Origin: Candidatus Omnitrophota bacterium
GTDB lineage: Bacteria > Omnitrophota > Gorgyraeia > Gygaellales > JAQTUX01
DNA length: 64,000 bases
Direction: 5' to 3'
Assembly (NCBI GenBank): GCA_028707125.1
Contig: JAQTUX010000002.1
Coordinates: 336,355-400,354, forward strand
A program made the translations under genes and the position numbers. Positions 7,117 through 22,100 of the stretch are shown here, piece by piece. How positions within the stretch are numbered: the stretch's first letter is position 1; each line of letters begins with the position of its first letter. The notes under the pieces are model-generated. The model searched no databases. It worked only from the letters and a program-made list of their open reading frames with translations, and was not told where the DNA came from.

Positions 7117-10100
7117 TCAGTGCCGTCGTTCCTCTTCACTGTCCGCCCTGTTAACTGAAATCCGCAATATCCTTGCTACGGTATGCGCGCAATCCCTGCT
7201 TAACCCGAAATCAAAGAAGCAATCTGCAAGGCCGCGGTAGCCGAACATATCTCCTGGAATATAGCCAAACCCTGCGTTTAAGGCCTGCAGCACCTTCATC
7301 ATGCGCTGCATATTATCCAACTCAGCATACGGCTTTTTCTCTTCCCCGCTTAACGCGACACCGGATTCATTCAGGATCTCCAGGGCAATGGTAATGGCGC
7401 CCCTGTTGATCTCGGGAGCGTATCCGTTTTTGTATCTGCCTGCGATGCCGGCTAACCAATGTATTTTATTCTGCAGGTTTTCGGAGAGGGCGCTGATATC
7501 CGGCAGGCCCATACGCCCGCCGCGACGGGCATTGATAACCCCGTTGATCAACTTAAGGATATTTCTCTCTCTTTCTTCATCCCGGGCCTCCGCCTCTTTC
7601 TCTACAGCCTCACAGCCGCCGTCTCTAAGGATATCATCAAACCTGAAAAACGGCTCATAAAACATTTCATCCTGTTTCTTGCCGGCCGCGACAACCAACA
7701 GCACAACCGGAGTTAATACCGCCGACAAAATGAAAAATCCGGCTATGGTCCATTTTAACATATCCCACCAGCCCCACCCTCTTCCGAAGGCACCTGCTGC
7801 CTGCTCTGCCCCCAGGCAAATATCCGGAAACCCTAAGGCAAGAACGATCAACGCGAGCGCGCATGCAGCATATTCTAAGGATATTCTATTTTTTGCAGAT
7901 ATCTCATTCAAGCTCTCATAAAAATATCTAATTGAGGCGCCCCGGGGATCGGCTATAACTGCCGCCATTCCCATGTCCGCCCCGTCTGCCGTTAAATCTG
8001 CATAATCCCCTATGCCAATGGAAGCGAATTTCTCTGCCACCGCCGCCTTAAATCTATCGGCCGCGCCCTTCAATCCCTGTTGATCACCTCCGGATTTGTA
8101 ACCCGCGGCTAAGAAGTATAACTTGTAGTTACCCGGGGACAATTGGATCCTGTCCGCTATCTGCCTGAAATGCTCATGGAATTTAACATTTAAAGAATTG
8201 AAATGCCCTACTCCGCATTCGTTATTTTCTGTATCCATTAAAATGAATACTACGCAGTCAAAGGCGCCGAATGTCATCAGCGATTCATCCGACCATTTAA
8301 AATCATCCATGCCTACAGAATACCGCCCATCTCTGTATGTACCGCAAAACTCAAGCCATTGCGCCTCAGTCAATTCATTATCTATTATAATCTCTGCCTG
8401 CCGCTCATCCCCGCCCACCTCCCGGGTCGTGTCAAGGGGGCTGCTGGAGGCCTGCAACTTTTCAGCTAAGCGAGAAAAGCGGTCTATTCTGCAGCTTCTC
8501 GAATCGGCATTGCTGAACATGCTATCGATAAATCCATGCCAGTAAGAATCTATGCTTTTCTGGTCTTCTAAAGAATCTAAGAAGAGCGACTGGTTAGAAT
8601 CGGGAAATCTTATCGGCTGGGGCAGAGAAGATACTGGCTTTAATATGTTTATTAAATCCTCATTGCCATCCGACAACCCTTCTTTCGCGTGTACAATACG
8701 CTCCCAATCAATAACTACAAGCGGCACTCCCTGAAGGGCTGCCTTCAGAGCCGCGTCTACCGTCCCGCTCTCCCGCTTGCACTCAATAACTACGACAATA
8801 TCGCATAACGCGGTAGTGACGGCGTTTCTTGCAAGGGCAAGATCTATATCGGGAAGACAACGTCTCTGTTCCACCCAAACTATCGCACCGTTATTGATTA
8901 TTTGCTGTCTCGATGCTGGTTTCTTAAACACGCCTATCCCGCTTCCACTCCAGGGTTTGACGGCTATTGTGGTGCCTCCATTATCAATAGCTGCCTCATG
9001 GGCCGCTTCATCTATTCCGTAGGCACCGCCGGATACTACTGCAGCAGTAATACCCTTATTGGCCGCGTAACTGAAAGTAGAGCGCACCAATATGTCGGAC
9101 AAAAGACGACCGTCTGGGCTAGACTTAGTTGCGCTACCGATAATCCCTATGGTTAAATCCTGATTCAATACCGCCTTTACATCCCTGGATGAACTAACCA
9201 TTAAATGTGCCGGTGGAAAAACCTCGTCTATTTCGTAGGGGGTAGCGGGGATTCTTTTTAGTTTTCTGGCACGTATAACTTCAGGCCATGGATTCCGCAT
9301 AGCCGTTAAACATTCTGCTACTTCCATTAATCTCTCGACATCCATAAAACTAATTTCCCCAACCGGGCTGCTGGAGGCCGGTCCCGACATGGCTTTCATG
9401 GCTTCCCCCAAATATCGTATAGTCCTACGCGGATCAAACCTATCGCTGCCGTCAGGATCAACTCTTAAGCCGCTTTCGGCATCTATATTAAAAGGCAGTA
9501 CGGCATTTAAACCTGCCCTTATTTCCCGGATTTTTCTATCTACATTTGTATCATCTAACCCCCCTGCGACGCCTATGCTTAAACGCGGATACGCCTCTCT
9601 GATGGAATTGATCAATCCCGACGCGATCCCGCTATCTAATTCCTTGCCTGTGCCTAAACTTATGTCCAATAAGATCGCGTCTATATGCCCCTGATAAGCC
9701 TTCAGGTAACTAACTGCTTCTACTTTTACATTCGCGAATCGGTCTAATTGGACCTGAAGTATAACCTTGACTCCGATCTTTCTTATTGCATCCATCTGCG
9801 CGGCATCAATATCATCGCCAAATAAATTTATTTGAACCGCATCAGGCAATTGGTTTGATTCGTTTAATTGCCTGATAATATCGGTTAACATATTATCGCT
9901 TTTGGAGTGCTTGGAATAATGAACACAGCTCAGCAGGCCGGATCGCCTTAGTTTTTTCAAAATATTCTTCATTTCTTCAATATCAGTTATATAACGATTA
10001 GGATGCTTGCCAGACATGCTTTTTCCATCATCTACTATAAGAAGCCCTGCCATGGCTGAAACACCTTCAGTAGTTGCCTTGTGCAGTCCCTTCACTTTCG

Positions 10101-13100
10101 CGACTAAACTACAAACATCTGCTATTGAAGCTATGCCCGCGACACCAATATAGCATTTGAATGATCCCTCAAAGATGGCGAATTTATTTATATCCCCACC
10201 CCCCTCCTGCTTCGTGGCAAGCGGGCTGCTGGAAGCGACCGAACAAAGAGCATCTATTATTGCCTCAATGTTTTGGATGGGGGTGCGCGCAGGAGTATCG
10301 CAGGCAATGCTAAACACCATTTGACCTGCCTCTATATATTGCGCGTACCGCGCTGAATTCCCTGCTATCAATTCCCGTATTTGCGCGCAAGTCAAATCGG
10401 GTAAACGCGCCGCGGGGATTGAACCCATCACAACTGCCTTTTCCGCCAAATACCTTAGATGCTCCGCGAAACCTATTACCTCATCCACATGAAAAGCGTC
10501 CACTTCCAGTGCTGCCAGCGCCTGCATAAATTTATTTTGATACAAACTGGAATTACCGCAGTTGTGGTAAACCGCTCTCTTCTTTAACTCCTTTATCCTG
10601 GCGGCCGATCTTCCTGCTAAGGCAAAAATAAATTTCCTGCCCCTCGGCGGGCCAAGAAGCTCAAAAACCGGCCCGGAATAAGGATCAAGAATGATCATCA
10701 CATCGGCACCGGCGGCAATTGCCTGCTCGGCATATCGGATGCTTACCGCAGTGCAATAGTCAAATAACACCCCCACCGTCTCTGTTTGATATACTACCTC
10801 CGTGGCCATATCGTTTAACTTCTGCAGTACGCAAGCAAGGGTAGCCGGACCCATTACATAGGCAATGCGCGGAACATCCGGCAGCATCTGCCTAAAATGC
10901 CTTAGCGCATCAAGATACACCTTAGCGCGCCCATCTTTCTCAAAATCAGGAACTAGCAGCTTGGACACGTTTTCTGCAGTGAAGGTAAATGAATCATCAA
11001 GAAGATAATTATCTGCACCTTGTTTGATAGTACCTTCCCGCTCATCATAAACTGCCTTGATCTCTGGCGCCCCAAGGTGCCTGTTGACAAGCGAAACAGT
11101 CTCGGGAAATAAAACTAGATCCATTGCCGTAAGCACGTACGGCAGACGGAAACGCCTGTGCAAATATTCCATTAACTGAATCTGCGCATCTGCCTGATTC
11201 GTAGCCTGCCGGACAGTATAGCTGGCCGCCCCCTCCCGCGCCATATATCTCAATCCCGCCAAGCCCAGGGTCAGAAACGGCTGCCGTGTTTGCGCCCAGA
11301 CACGCAAGATATCATCCTCCGCCCCGCCCCCCGCCTGCGACGGGGCAAGGGGACTGCTGGAGGACTGCTGCAAACCGGTCAAGTTACTATATGATAATTT
11401 CCCACCATTTGGCCGAGACTCGTTCACCGATGAGGAATCAGAGGCAGGAGGGTTATTCCCGGCCGCTTCAAACCGCGCCTTTAACTCATTTGTTTCATCC
11501 CGGCTCAAAGGAAGATAGATGATCCGGGAACCTATCTGGATTCCCGGGGTTCCGGGGACGGTTCTCTCGCCTGTATCCCTTTCCGGCGCAGAGGATTGCG
11601 AGGATTCTGTTATATCCGCGCTACTGGAGGCCCGTCCCTCTCCGGCCATAGCCGCGGGACAGGATTGATTAAGAAATTCCTCTGCCTCCCCTATCCTCTT
11701 TCTTCCAATTAAGATTGCTAAAATGTTTTGGAGCTCAAAATTTGTCAGCTCTCTCTTCCTGGCCACGGAATGTACCCGCTGACCACGGATCCATTCTTCA
11801 TAATGAAATCCATCAAGAGTCCCCCCAAATCTGGGAACAAGACCAGCTCCATGGAGCCGCCGGATAGCATCCACCTGTTTTGATCCGGACATCCCGATCT
11901 GTTTGACAGCCATGGATTCGCGGCCGCTTCTCCCTGCACCGTGCCTCTTCAGAATTAACTCTAATCGGAAAACGGCTTTTTCGGTTGCCGTTATGAACCT
12001 AGCTTTTGCTGCGCCTATGTCTCTATGACGCGCGGCAAGCCCTGCCCTTTCTGCAATCTCATCATTGGCCCAGGTAAACTCTGCCTTTACCGCCCCGATC
12101 CGCTTTTCTACGCAGGGATAGTCTTTTTCGCTTTCTTCTGCCGCGGAAGAGGAACTTGGCACTTCCGGCTCCAGAAGGTATTGCGGCCCCTCTGCTGCCT
12201 GCCAAAATCTGTCCCATGAGACCTCATCCTGCGCGGCAGCAAGCGATCTGAATGCCTCACAAAGAACTTGTAAATCTTTGATTTTTTCGGTGGAAATTCC
12301 CAACTCCTCCCCCAAGAAAGCTTCCAAATTACCTGGGCTGACGGCTTTGCATGCGGCATCCCTTCTTAGCCGATTCATCCGGTAGATCAGACGCTGCTTT
12401 CTTCCCGAGATTGAAAAGTTACGGCAAATATAATCTTCGATGAATCTTCTTATCGCATTTTTGGCTCCGTTGACAAATACGGCACCGTTAATGCCGCCGC
12501 ATCTTGAATCCCACTTCCGAACAATATCTATAAGCCAAACCAATACTTCATTATACAGATCATCATATTCCACACCTAAACTGTACATATGACGGGAATA
12601 GTTATAAATCACGGTTTCGACCTGCCTTATTTTCATTGCCTCCCGAGCCAATTGGATCATCGGCTCGGTGGCTTCTTGAGGAATAATCCGCGCCATTTCG
12701 CCGGCATTTGCCTTTTCCCATTTGTATTCCCTGCCTTCGGCATTGATATAGACGTAGAAAACTTTCGGCCTGCCTTTATCTAACTCTATCTTTATCGGCG
12801 CTGCCTCGCTGTTGGGATAAAAATAATTGCTTTCACCCAGCCTTAAGCCGCCCCATCCATTCATGGTGATGCCGCCCTCGATAATGCCGGTGAATACATT
12901 CCGGGTTACCCATTTGTCTATATTGCTCAACTGCCATCCGCGCGTTTCAACCGGAGGAAAAATATTGACGATCTTGCCTTTATTATCCCTTGCCAGAACA
13001 TAAGGATATTCGTGAGGGCTCTTTTTGGCGGGGTCGTTTACTGTAACCCCGATACAGATATCGCCTTCATATTTCGGGATGACAGTTACGCCGCCTTCCA

Positions 13101-16100
13101 GGCAAAGCTCCAGACACCTGCCGTGTTCACCGCCGGAAGCCAAAATCCGCTCTATTTTTATGCCCGAATATTCATAAGGGATGAATCTCACGGGTTTTCT
13201 TTTCCTGCCTTTATTCGTGTGGCTGAAGAATGCGAAATAGGCGGATCTTAAACCGGTAATCACTATTCTATCTTCGGGTTTGGATCTTTTCAGCTGGCTA
13301 ACGAGATTCTGCTTTCTCGTTGAAAAAATTAATTCGCCGTTAAGCCAAAACAGGACAAACGGTTCCCAATCGCCCCACTTGCCGTTACCGCGCTTTTCTC
13401 TGATGGCGGTAATTATGCCGTTATCGGAATATCTATACCTGAACGCAAGTCTGGGGCGCCCGCGGCTTTCAGGGAAGAGGCCCCTTATAATACGATTGCC
13501 GCATACTAATAACGCGATCCTCCTCTGGGCCTCACTAAAACGATGCCTCTGCTTATTAAATATTACGAAACCGTTGTATCCTGTTTTAGAAATAATGATC
13601 AATTTTCTTCCTGTATCAACGCTGAACTCAGCCGGAGGTATGCCTCCCAGGTAAGAACGAACCGGCGTAAGCGTCTCGGGGTCGCATATAATACGATAAC
13701 TATACGTGCGGGGATTTCTGCCTTCTTTGTATATTGTCGCGGAAGTAATAATTCCCAGGGCCTTCTTACTGCTGCGCTTGAAAACTATACACTCTTGTTC
13801 AGAAAATATGAGCCGTATGCATAAGCCGTCTCTTATCTCTGCCAAAGCCATGCGTTTTTTAAATTCTATGGGGACAGATAACCGAGCATCCTCCAAAAGC
13901 CGGGCTGCGCTGCTCAAGTTTACATAGCATGGCATATAGACAGGCCCTTTGCCGCTCTCTGTTCTTAACTGTCTCTTGAAGTTAAAAGACAACGCTTGGA
14001 AAGTAAGAAGTATTTCGCCCTTCTCATTAAAGGCGCAGCGCTGGCTACGAGGGCCCCACTCTCGCATAATCTTTAAATATTCCGCTATTTTCGCCGCCCC
14101 GCCCCCCGCCTGCGACGGGGCAGGCGCGCTGCTGGAAGCGCCGCCCTGTGGCTGGCCTTCGGTGTAACAATCGCCGTCGGGGCTGCCGAAAACCATTATC
14201 TTACCTTTTTCTTCGCCTAACCTTGCGATAATCCCTCCTTCTTCCAATAGCCGATGGATCTGCTCTCTTTTGCCGTTTTCAATCCCCGAAATCACTTCCG
14301 CCGGATTATCCGCGCTGCGATAATACTCAATAGTATAATTTTTGTTTAAAACCAGAGATACGCCCTGGGCATCTTCGCCGTTTCCCGGGACGAGGATATT
14401 CTTATAGTCGCTGCTGTTTCTAAAGAATGCCTCGGGCAACCAACTGCCGTACAATTCAGCCAGCATCTTCTCAACGTACTCAATATGGTAGATGCCGATG
14501 TTGCGGATGACCTTTGCTGTCTGCGCATCCCTTATTTTCCGCTCATAAAACACCCTGGACACAAAATACAGCAGAAGGTGATTGAGTGCGTGGGAATCTT
14601 TTGCCAGTTCATCAATTAAATCAGGGGCATAGTTAAAGTCATCGCACATATGCAGGTATCTGAGGATATAATAGTGCAAACTATAATTCTGGCTGTAATG
14701 CCTGAAGAAACAGGGCAGCAGGCCATCCCTGATAAAATTCCGTAAGGTAAGCTCTTTTCCGTTTAAATACTGCAACAGCGCGGATAAAGCCAGTTCTGAA
14801 GACTCGCCCTTCTGAAGATCAAATATTTTCAGCAGGCGTTCATATTTTCCTTTTTGCTCCAAGGAGCTAATTAGTTGCCTTACTTCGCTCGATGCATCTT
14901 CAGAAGCATAAAGGAGGTTGCATAAATTGATAAGTTCGGCGTCAAAAACTAACGCCGATTCTCTCTCCGCTTCGCTTAAACTATCATATTTTCCCTGCAT
15001 AGATAATCCCAATAATAAATCTATGATTTTCTGCTTGTTATGCGCGCGCGCTGCGTCCAAAAGCGCACAACCGTCTTTCTTAAACATATGGACGATTCGC
15101 TCTTTCAAGACAAGTATATCTTCCGTTCCTGATGCCGCATTTTGCATAAGTCCAAACAGTCGCTCTTCCTGCGACACGAGCGACTCCTGCGCTCCCGCGT
15201 CCTGCGGGGCAGCCGCGCTGCTGGAGACGACTGAAGACGGCATACCGCCATCCCGGCACATTCCACCTACTAGGGAAGACGACTCTCCCGGACTGCCGGG
15301 GGTGACTTGTGATCTCGCCGGTGAAGTAGATCTAACTGCGGTAGTACCGGCAGCAAATCTCAACCAATCCTCCACGCTGCTTTCCATCATGGGGCCAACC
15401 CGAGGGTTAACAGCCAAAACCTCATCTTTAAACCGAAAACACAACTTGTACAACCCTCCGCTTAAAAGCGCGTTGGCGAGCCCCTTGTGCTCAATGCCTT
15501 TAAGACGATACAGCCGCAGAAACCCGTTTACCATGTTCATAAAAAGCGAATTATTGCCGTATCTGAATATATAATCTCCGTTATCCCTGTATTCTTCACT
15601 ATAGAATTCGGCAATATGCGAAAGTAACCGGCAAACTATCAGTTCTGATAAAGGAAACAATAAACAACAGGCCAATTTTATCCCTGCCCCCTCTAGGGCC
15701 TGCGGATGGCAATGCTCTTGCCCTGCCATCTGTTGTGCCAGCGTTACGCGTATATCTTCCGGAAACATATCTATATTCATATGGGGCGGATAATATATAC
15801 GCTTCGTATCAGATTCATCCGCACTTAAAATTAAGATGCGGTGCAGCTGCCGCATTTCATCTGCGATTTTATGAGAAGCAACGAACCCCCTACGGCAATT
15901 ATCTATGATCTGTTTCACTAACAAGAGGAATCTCTGCCGGACCGCCTCAGAATTGCGCTTTAAATTTAGCTGATTACGGCTTTTGGGCTCGGGCTCTGCT
16001 TGTGCGTCATACACAAGTTCATCCCACGGCACTTCTGCCGCATATTCAAAATCAACCAACCCTGTATACGCTATCTGACACGAGCTTCCTCCTGTCTCTG

Positions 16101-19100
16101 TTATGGGGAAGCCAATTTCCGGATTACCGATGGACAACGACCCCCCCATGGGGCTGATAGGTTTAGATAGCCACCATTTTTCGGAATCGGGAAACCCTCC
16201 TCTTCCAGAGGATTCAAAAGCCGTACCGGCGTCAACATATCTATTCCGACACACTTCCCCTAACGGCTTACCGCGGTAGTATCTGGATGGACCGCTACGC
16301 CTTTCCCCACCCACGCTGCTGGAGGCCTTAGGGCGCCTTCTTACAACCGCGCCTCCGTTCAACTCCGGTATGCCCGCGGCGACCTTACCAAGAACAGTAA
16401 AGAACTGTTCAACCTGCTCCTTAAAATAAGACAAATAAACCAAAACGGATTCGGGTTCTCTTATTTCCATAGAAACACACTTTGAGACAATCCTTTTCCT
16501 GAAAACGCTGATGAGCTCTAACTGGCTATCTTTCAAAGACAATATACCGGACAATATCTCAATAGGGCTGATCTCGCCCGATTTCTCAAGCAATAAATCT
16601 CCTTCCATCTGGCCTTCCGTATAAAATCTGTAGAGAAAATCATCCAATAGCGGCCTTATCTCTGAAGTGTCTATATGTAACAAACCTATTTTAAAATAAA
16701 ACGCTGTCAATAGATCCTTCAGCCAGTCATTATAAAAGCGGGTTATGTCACCGATCAATGATCTAAGGGATATCTCTCTATCCTGCCCTTCAGCCGGGCG
16801 AAAACTCTTTATATTATTTAACCATATGCATCCATTGCCACCCTGCCCTTTTATCGCGCCCGGGCTGCTGGCAGAGGCAATATCATTGATCCGCGCCAAA
16901 AGCTCCTTCCATCTATAATTTAATTCTTCCCTTGTTATCTTTATAATCGTTATCCCCAATATATCGGCTCGGGTCCCGGAACTTAAAATGTCGTTTATGA
17001 AGCCGCCGAAACAATCATCAAGCATAATTATGATTCTTATCGCTGCCTGATCCTGATCCGATAATACGATTTCCCTATTCCCAAGCAACCTTGATGATAG
17101 TAAATTGGAATCGCCTGTCCTCTTGCCCATAAGTGGGGAGCCCTTGCCGGGCCCCTCCTCTATCCTTAATAAAGACGCTGCGCAGCTGACAACCTGCCAG
17201 CGCGCGTCGCTTTCAACTAACTTTATTGCCAGGCGGCTCTTGCCGCTGCCGAAATCCCCCAGAAGCTTTACCCCAATACCGCCATTAAACAACAAAAGTT
17301 CTCCATTAACCCAATGCCATCCAACATTAGCCGCCCCGCCCCCCGCCTGCGGCGAGGCAGGCGCGCTGCTGGAGGCGCCTTGGAAAATAATTGACCCTGG
17401 CCTGCTCCATCCATCTTGCGCCCAAGCAGGGACGCATATACAAAAATCGCTAAATTCCCCCTGACAGGTAATTACGGCGCCTCCTTTAATACCTGACAAC
17501 ATCATATCGGCATCGCCCAATAAAAAGGCATCCCCCACATATTCCTGTAAAGCCATCCTGACCTGATAGAGCTGATTTACATCTATGGCGGTAAACGTCT
17601 TATTCATAAAGACTGCCGCCGACCCTCTTAAAGACGCCAATATACCATCGTCGCTCGCGTCACCCTGCCTGACAGAGAAACTACTCTGCGTCAATTGCCG
17701 ATGTTTATTCAAAGTATCAATGATACCGGCCGCTCTTTTCTCATACCCGGCCGCCTTTTCTTTAAAACCTTCGGTCAATAGATGGTCTCCTAGCGCGAAT
17801 GGCGATTGGCCGGAAAGCCGCTTTTGCGCTTCACTGACAAACGCTGGCGTCATCTCGATGCCATCTAACACGATATGCCACCGCTCCACATCTCCCCATC
17901 CCTTATTATTCTCAAATGCCTGGATTATTGCCGCGAGAATAGTGGCCATTTCTTCTCCAGTCGCGGGGCCGATGATTGACAAACGTATATAACTTTGGGC
18001 CATGCCCTGTGCCACTATTAACGGCAGAACCCGGCACTGAAAATATTCGATTTGCCGCCGATGCCTGCCAAGATACGAGAAACGGGCATCCGCGTGTACG
18101 GCGCCAAACCATTCCACATTCCAAGGATGCGAATTCCCCCATAAAGGTCGTTGGAACACGGGTGCATCCTTACCTGGTTCCCCGCCCCCCTCCTGGGTCG
18201 GGGCAGGCCCCGCCTTCGGCGGGACAAGCGGGCTGCTGGAGGCATGCTGCGAGCCGACCGGGTTGCTAGATGAGAATTCTTCACTATATGACTGCAACTC
18301 GTTTACCGGCGAGGAGCCAGAGGCAGAAGGACCGTACCCGGCTACTTCAAGCCGCGCCCTATCAAGGATTTCTATTATGCCTAATTTTTGCAATTCGCTT
18401 CCTGTCTCTTCTGGATCCTTAGCGTGTTGAAGGATAGCGGAAATCTGCCTATTTACAGCCGGGATCATAACTGTCTCAATCGGGATTAAACCGCTTCTAT
18501 AATCCTGTATGGACTGATGGATTACGCTATAGATCTTATCCGTTAATCTTAAGCCATATTGATACTTGAGCCTTAATATCCTTGTCAGCGTACTGAGGGT
18601 AAGGTTCCTTCCATTCCCCGCCATACTAACCTCGCCTTTTAAAAGAGCGGTCAAGCCCTCTGTGTGCCCATAAATATTACCCTCTGCGTCCAAGGCCATC
18701 ATCAGCAAGGTTGGGCCTGATTCCGCGAAGAGTTCTCTGGTCCGCGGGTCTACTACAATCCTGCGAAGTAAAACCTCTGTTCCGCTGTTCGTGATTCCCT
18801 GCATCGGACCTGCGTATTGAATTTCAACTCCGTTAAATTCGGCCTTTCTAGTCGCTCTGGCAGGACATAATAAATCATCCGCGCTGACCCCGAGGGCTTG
18901 TGAAATCCTGTCCAACACCCCCATGGCGTATCTGTGAATTCTATAATTATCTTGAGCCTCGTCACGGCTAAGCGCATTCCTCTCACTCTCATTGAAATCC
19001 ATCATGATGCTGACATCTATATCACCCAGTATCTCACCGAAGAAAATATCCCTCACCCCTCCCCCAACAACAACAATGTCCCTATCTAAGCCTTGGTCCT

Positions 19101-22100
19101 TCAAGAAAGAAAAAAACGCCCTTAATCTATCATCTTTTATGTCTCCTATGTTTACCTTGCCGTTATTTATGGCTTGGCGCACAAGCCGCTCATCAAGGCC
19201 GTTCACATCAGCAACCTTAATTATTTGTTGAACATCCAAAACTGCTTTTGCCTTCTCTAAAGAATTAAGGCATCTTCGCAGCTCCCCCACCCTGCCGTTT
19301 AATTCTCCTACTTCCGGATTTTCTACTTCACCGCTTACCTCTACGAGCGTTCCATTATGCTCTGTGCCCACCCATTCCGTCCAAGTACCCATTATTTCTC
19401 TCGGGACCTCTTGAAGCCTGCGTTCAGCCCACAATAAATGCTTCCTAATGGACGGTATAGCCGAAGGATCATTCATAAGTACGAGGCTCCATGCCAGATA
19501 AAGCCCCCCATCAACGTCGAACATCTCTATTAATGGTTTCACAGCCCTATGGTCCTTCAGTTCTCTGAGAACCCATATGGCGTTGAAACGAATGCGGGCA
19601 TTCTTATGGCTCAGGGCTTCTATCAATATGGAGACGACATCTATATCCTTGCCTACCTCTCCTATTCCATCTATCGCTTTATAGGGCCATTCCTCTAAAA
19701 GATAGGCATATACTTTTGCCCTTGGGGTCCCTATTCCTGATAATGCTTCTCCGATTGCTCCATTGATAATCGTTTTATACAACCACGCGTCTTCCGTAGA
19801 AAAAATGCTCCGCCCAGTATCGCGAATGGCCGCAATCAGTAAATCTACTACGCGGGGATCGCGGATTTGCCGGATCTTTTCGAGGGATTCATGATCAACC
19901 TCTGCATCACGCCGGCAGAGTAGGTCTCCTATGGATTCCTCAGCCGGGCTGCCGGAGGCGCCAGAAGACTCCAAAGCCATCACAAGATCGGAATCACCGA
20001 TAAGCGCCCTTAACAAGTATGGCCATTCGATTCTCATCCACCTGATTGCCTTAATATCGCCGTTTAATGCCTGCCGGACCATGGATTGTTTCTGCGCGTC
20101 CCCGGGAAAGGTCAACTCTATCATCTCGTCGGCGATACCAACAATGGACTCCGGCCTGAATCCATATACCAGCCATAAATGCATAGCCATTAATCTGTCA
20201 CGGTCCTCCTGCTCGGCCATAGAGATGCGCGATCTGTATTCTCTATCTTGCCGCTCATCCCATTCGCTCTGATGCGCCCCTGTCTCTTTTTGATACATAT
20301 CGGCAATAACCTGTTCATCATAATCATACCTCAAGGCGCGGTTACTAACGCGTATATTCTCGACTCTTCCGCCTGCCGGTTGCAACAAAACAACAACGGT
20401 GAATATCCTGGAAATCATCTGTTGCAACGCCCTTGCTATTCCAAGCCGATATTCAGCAAATATGTACATTCCGAAATAAACATCGTACAGACCCTCCTTA
20501 ATAGACCGAACATAGTCAAGGGCACCGTAGCCAATAATATTTTCATCCTTCGTAATCGCGTATATGTAAGTATGCGGAGTGACTATTGTAAAAGGACAAG
20601 GCAGTATGATAGCTCTTATGTTCTCCGTAAGTATGGCGATATTACCCTGATCCTTAAGTTGTTCAAATGTAAACATCGCCTCCATAAACCTGCGATGACC
20701 TGTTAATGCCTCCTTTAACCTCCGGTAATACGCATTTGTTTCTTCTGCTGAAATATAACATAGTTGCCCCTCACCCGGGCTGCTGGAGCCGCCCTGCTCT
20801 TGTTCCGTTCCCGTAACACCGGAGCGGAAGATTCCAAAATCAATGATCGCGTCATAACGCGGCAGATTCGCCGCCCTCCTATCTTGCGCCCTCAGGGCTA
20901 TAGATGCCGGCGTATCTAGACGAATCTCTCGGTTCTTGCCGCTCTTAACCGCATCCCGAGGCTTCTTTCTGCTGCTTTTTTTAATCCTATATCCGTCTCT
21001 GATCAATATTGCTTCAAGTTCATCTAACGAATCATTACAGGACTCCAAGGCCTCTATATCAAGGGACAATCTGCTGTAATCCTGCAACAGGCCTGCCATA
21101 AAATCCATAATAACCCGGAGATATTTCTCATCGTATCTGCCCCTGACCATGACTGTAGCGATGTCCTCACAATACAACTCCAAACCTAACAAGGTTAGCG
21201 TGGATTCATAAAGGCAGTCAAAATACCCTATATCCCGCGTTTTGTTCCTTATTAGAACCTGAATGCTCAGCCCGTCCTTTTCTCTTACCAGGGCTATACA
21301 CTTGCTTAAGGTTATGGACGGGGTTGAATGGATACCCCTGGGGTCGGCGGGATTACTGTATATCTTAACATCCCGCTCGATACATGTCTCAGCGATCTCC
21401 CCGCCCTCCGCCTGCGGCGAGGCAGGCGCGCTGCTGGATGCGCCCGGCGACATCCAACCTCGGTCCTGCAACAGAAGCCAATTGCCTTCAAGCGGCAGAC
21501 ACTCCACCCACTCTTTTATTACTTTATCAGCCGCGGCCTTATCCTCTCCGTTGGCATTATGCCGCGGCGCTGTTTCAGACCTCTCTTCCTCATCACACAA
21601 CTCTCTCCATAGGTCAACTTCGCTTGGTGGCATCATCCTCATAACCCTCTGTATCATGACCAAGACCGCATGAGGGTTGGCCCGCCGCAGCTCCCCGGCC
21701 TGCTGAAGTAGAGACCTCGCCGCCTGTGTGGCTATATCCTTCAGAAGAGGCAGCCTCATTGCCGTACCATAATAAATACCCTGCCCGTCAAAAATAGGCC
21801 TGCCCTGTTCGGAAAGAAGTAATTTTTCCTTAAAGGCCTTTGCTAATTCCTCCAAGCCCATCTTCCGGGGCTCCAGGACATTGAATACCCGCGGAACCAC
21901 ACAGCTGAAGTAATGGCGTATTTCATAACTATCTTTCTTTTCTTTGGCGCGCTCAATAATGAACTTCACTATCTCCATAAGGCCAAAGACAGCCGGAAAT
22001 TCCGCGGCCTCCAGGTAACCCGGGTCATCTGCCGTGCCTATCTTAAGGACCTCCTCCGCGGCAGCCTGTTTTATCAATTCAACTACACGATGATGGACAA

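Noticed and set aside
11640-14090. Possible sigma-70 region 2/4-like segment (…YDDLYNEVLVWLIDIVRKWDSRCGGINGAVFVNGAKNAIRRFIED… / …LEAFLGEELGISTEKIKDL…)
   Set aside because: The resemblance is too weak to call without an HMM search. It is kept out of the features and mentioned here only as a lead.
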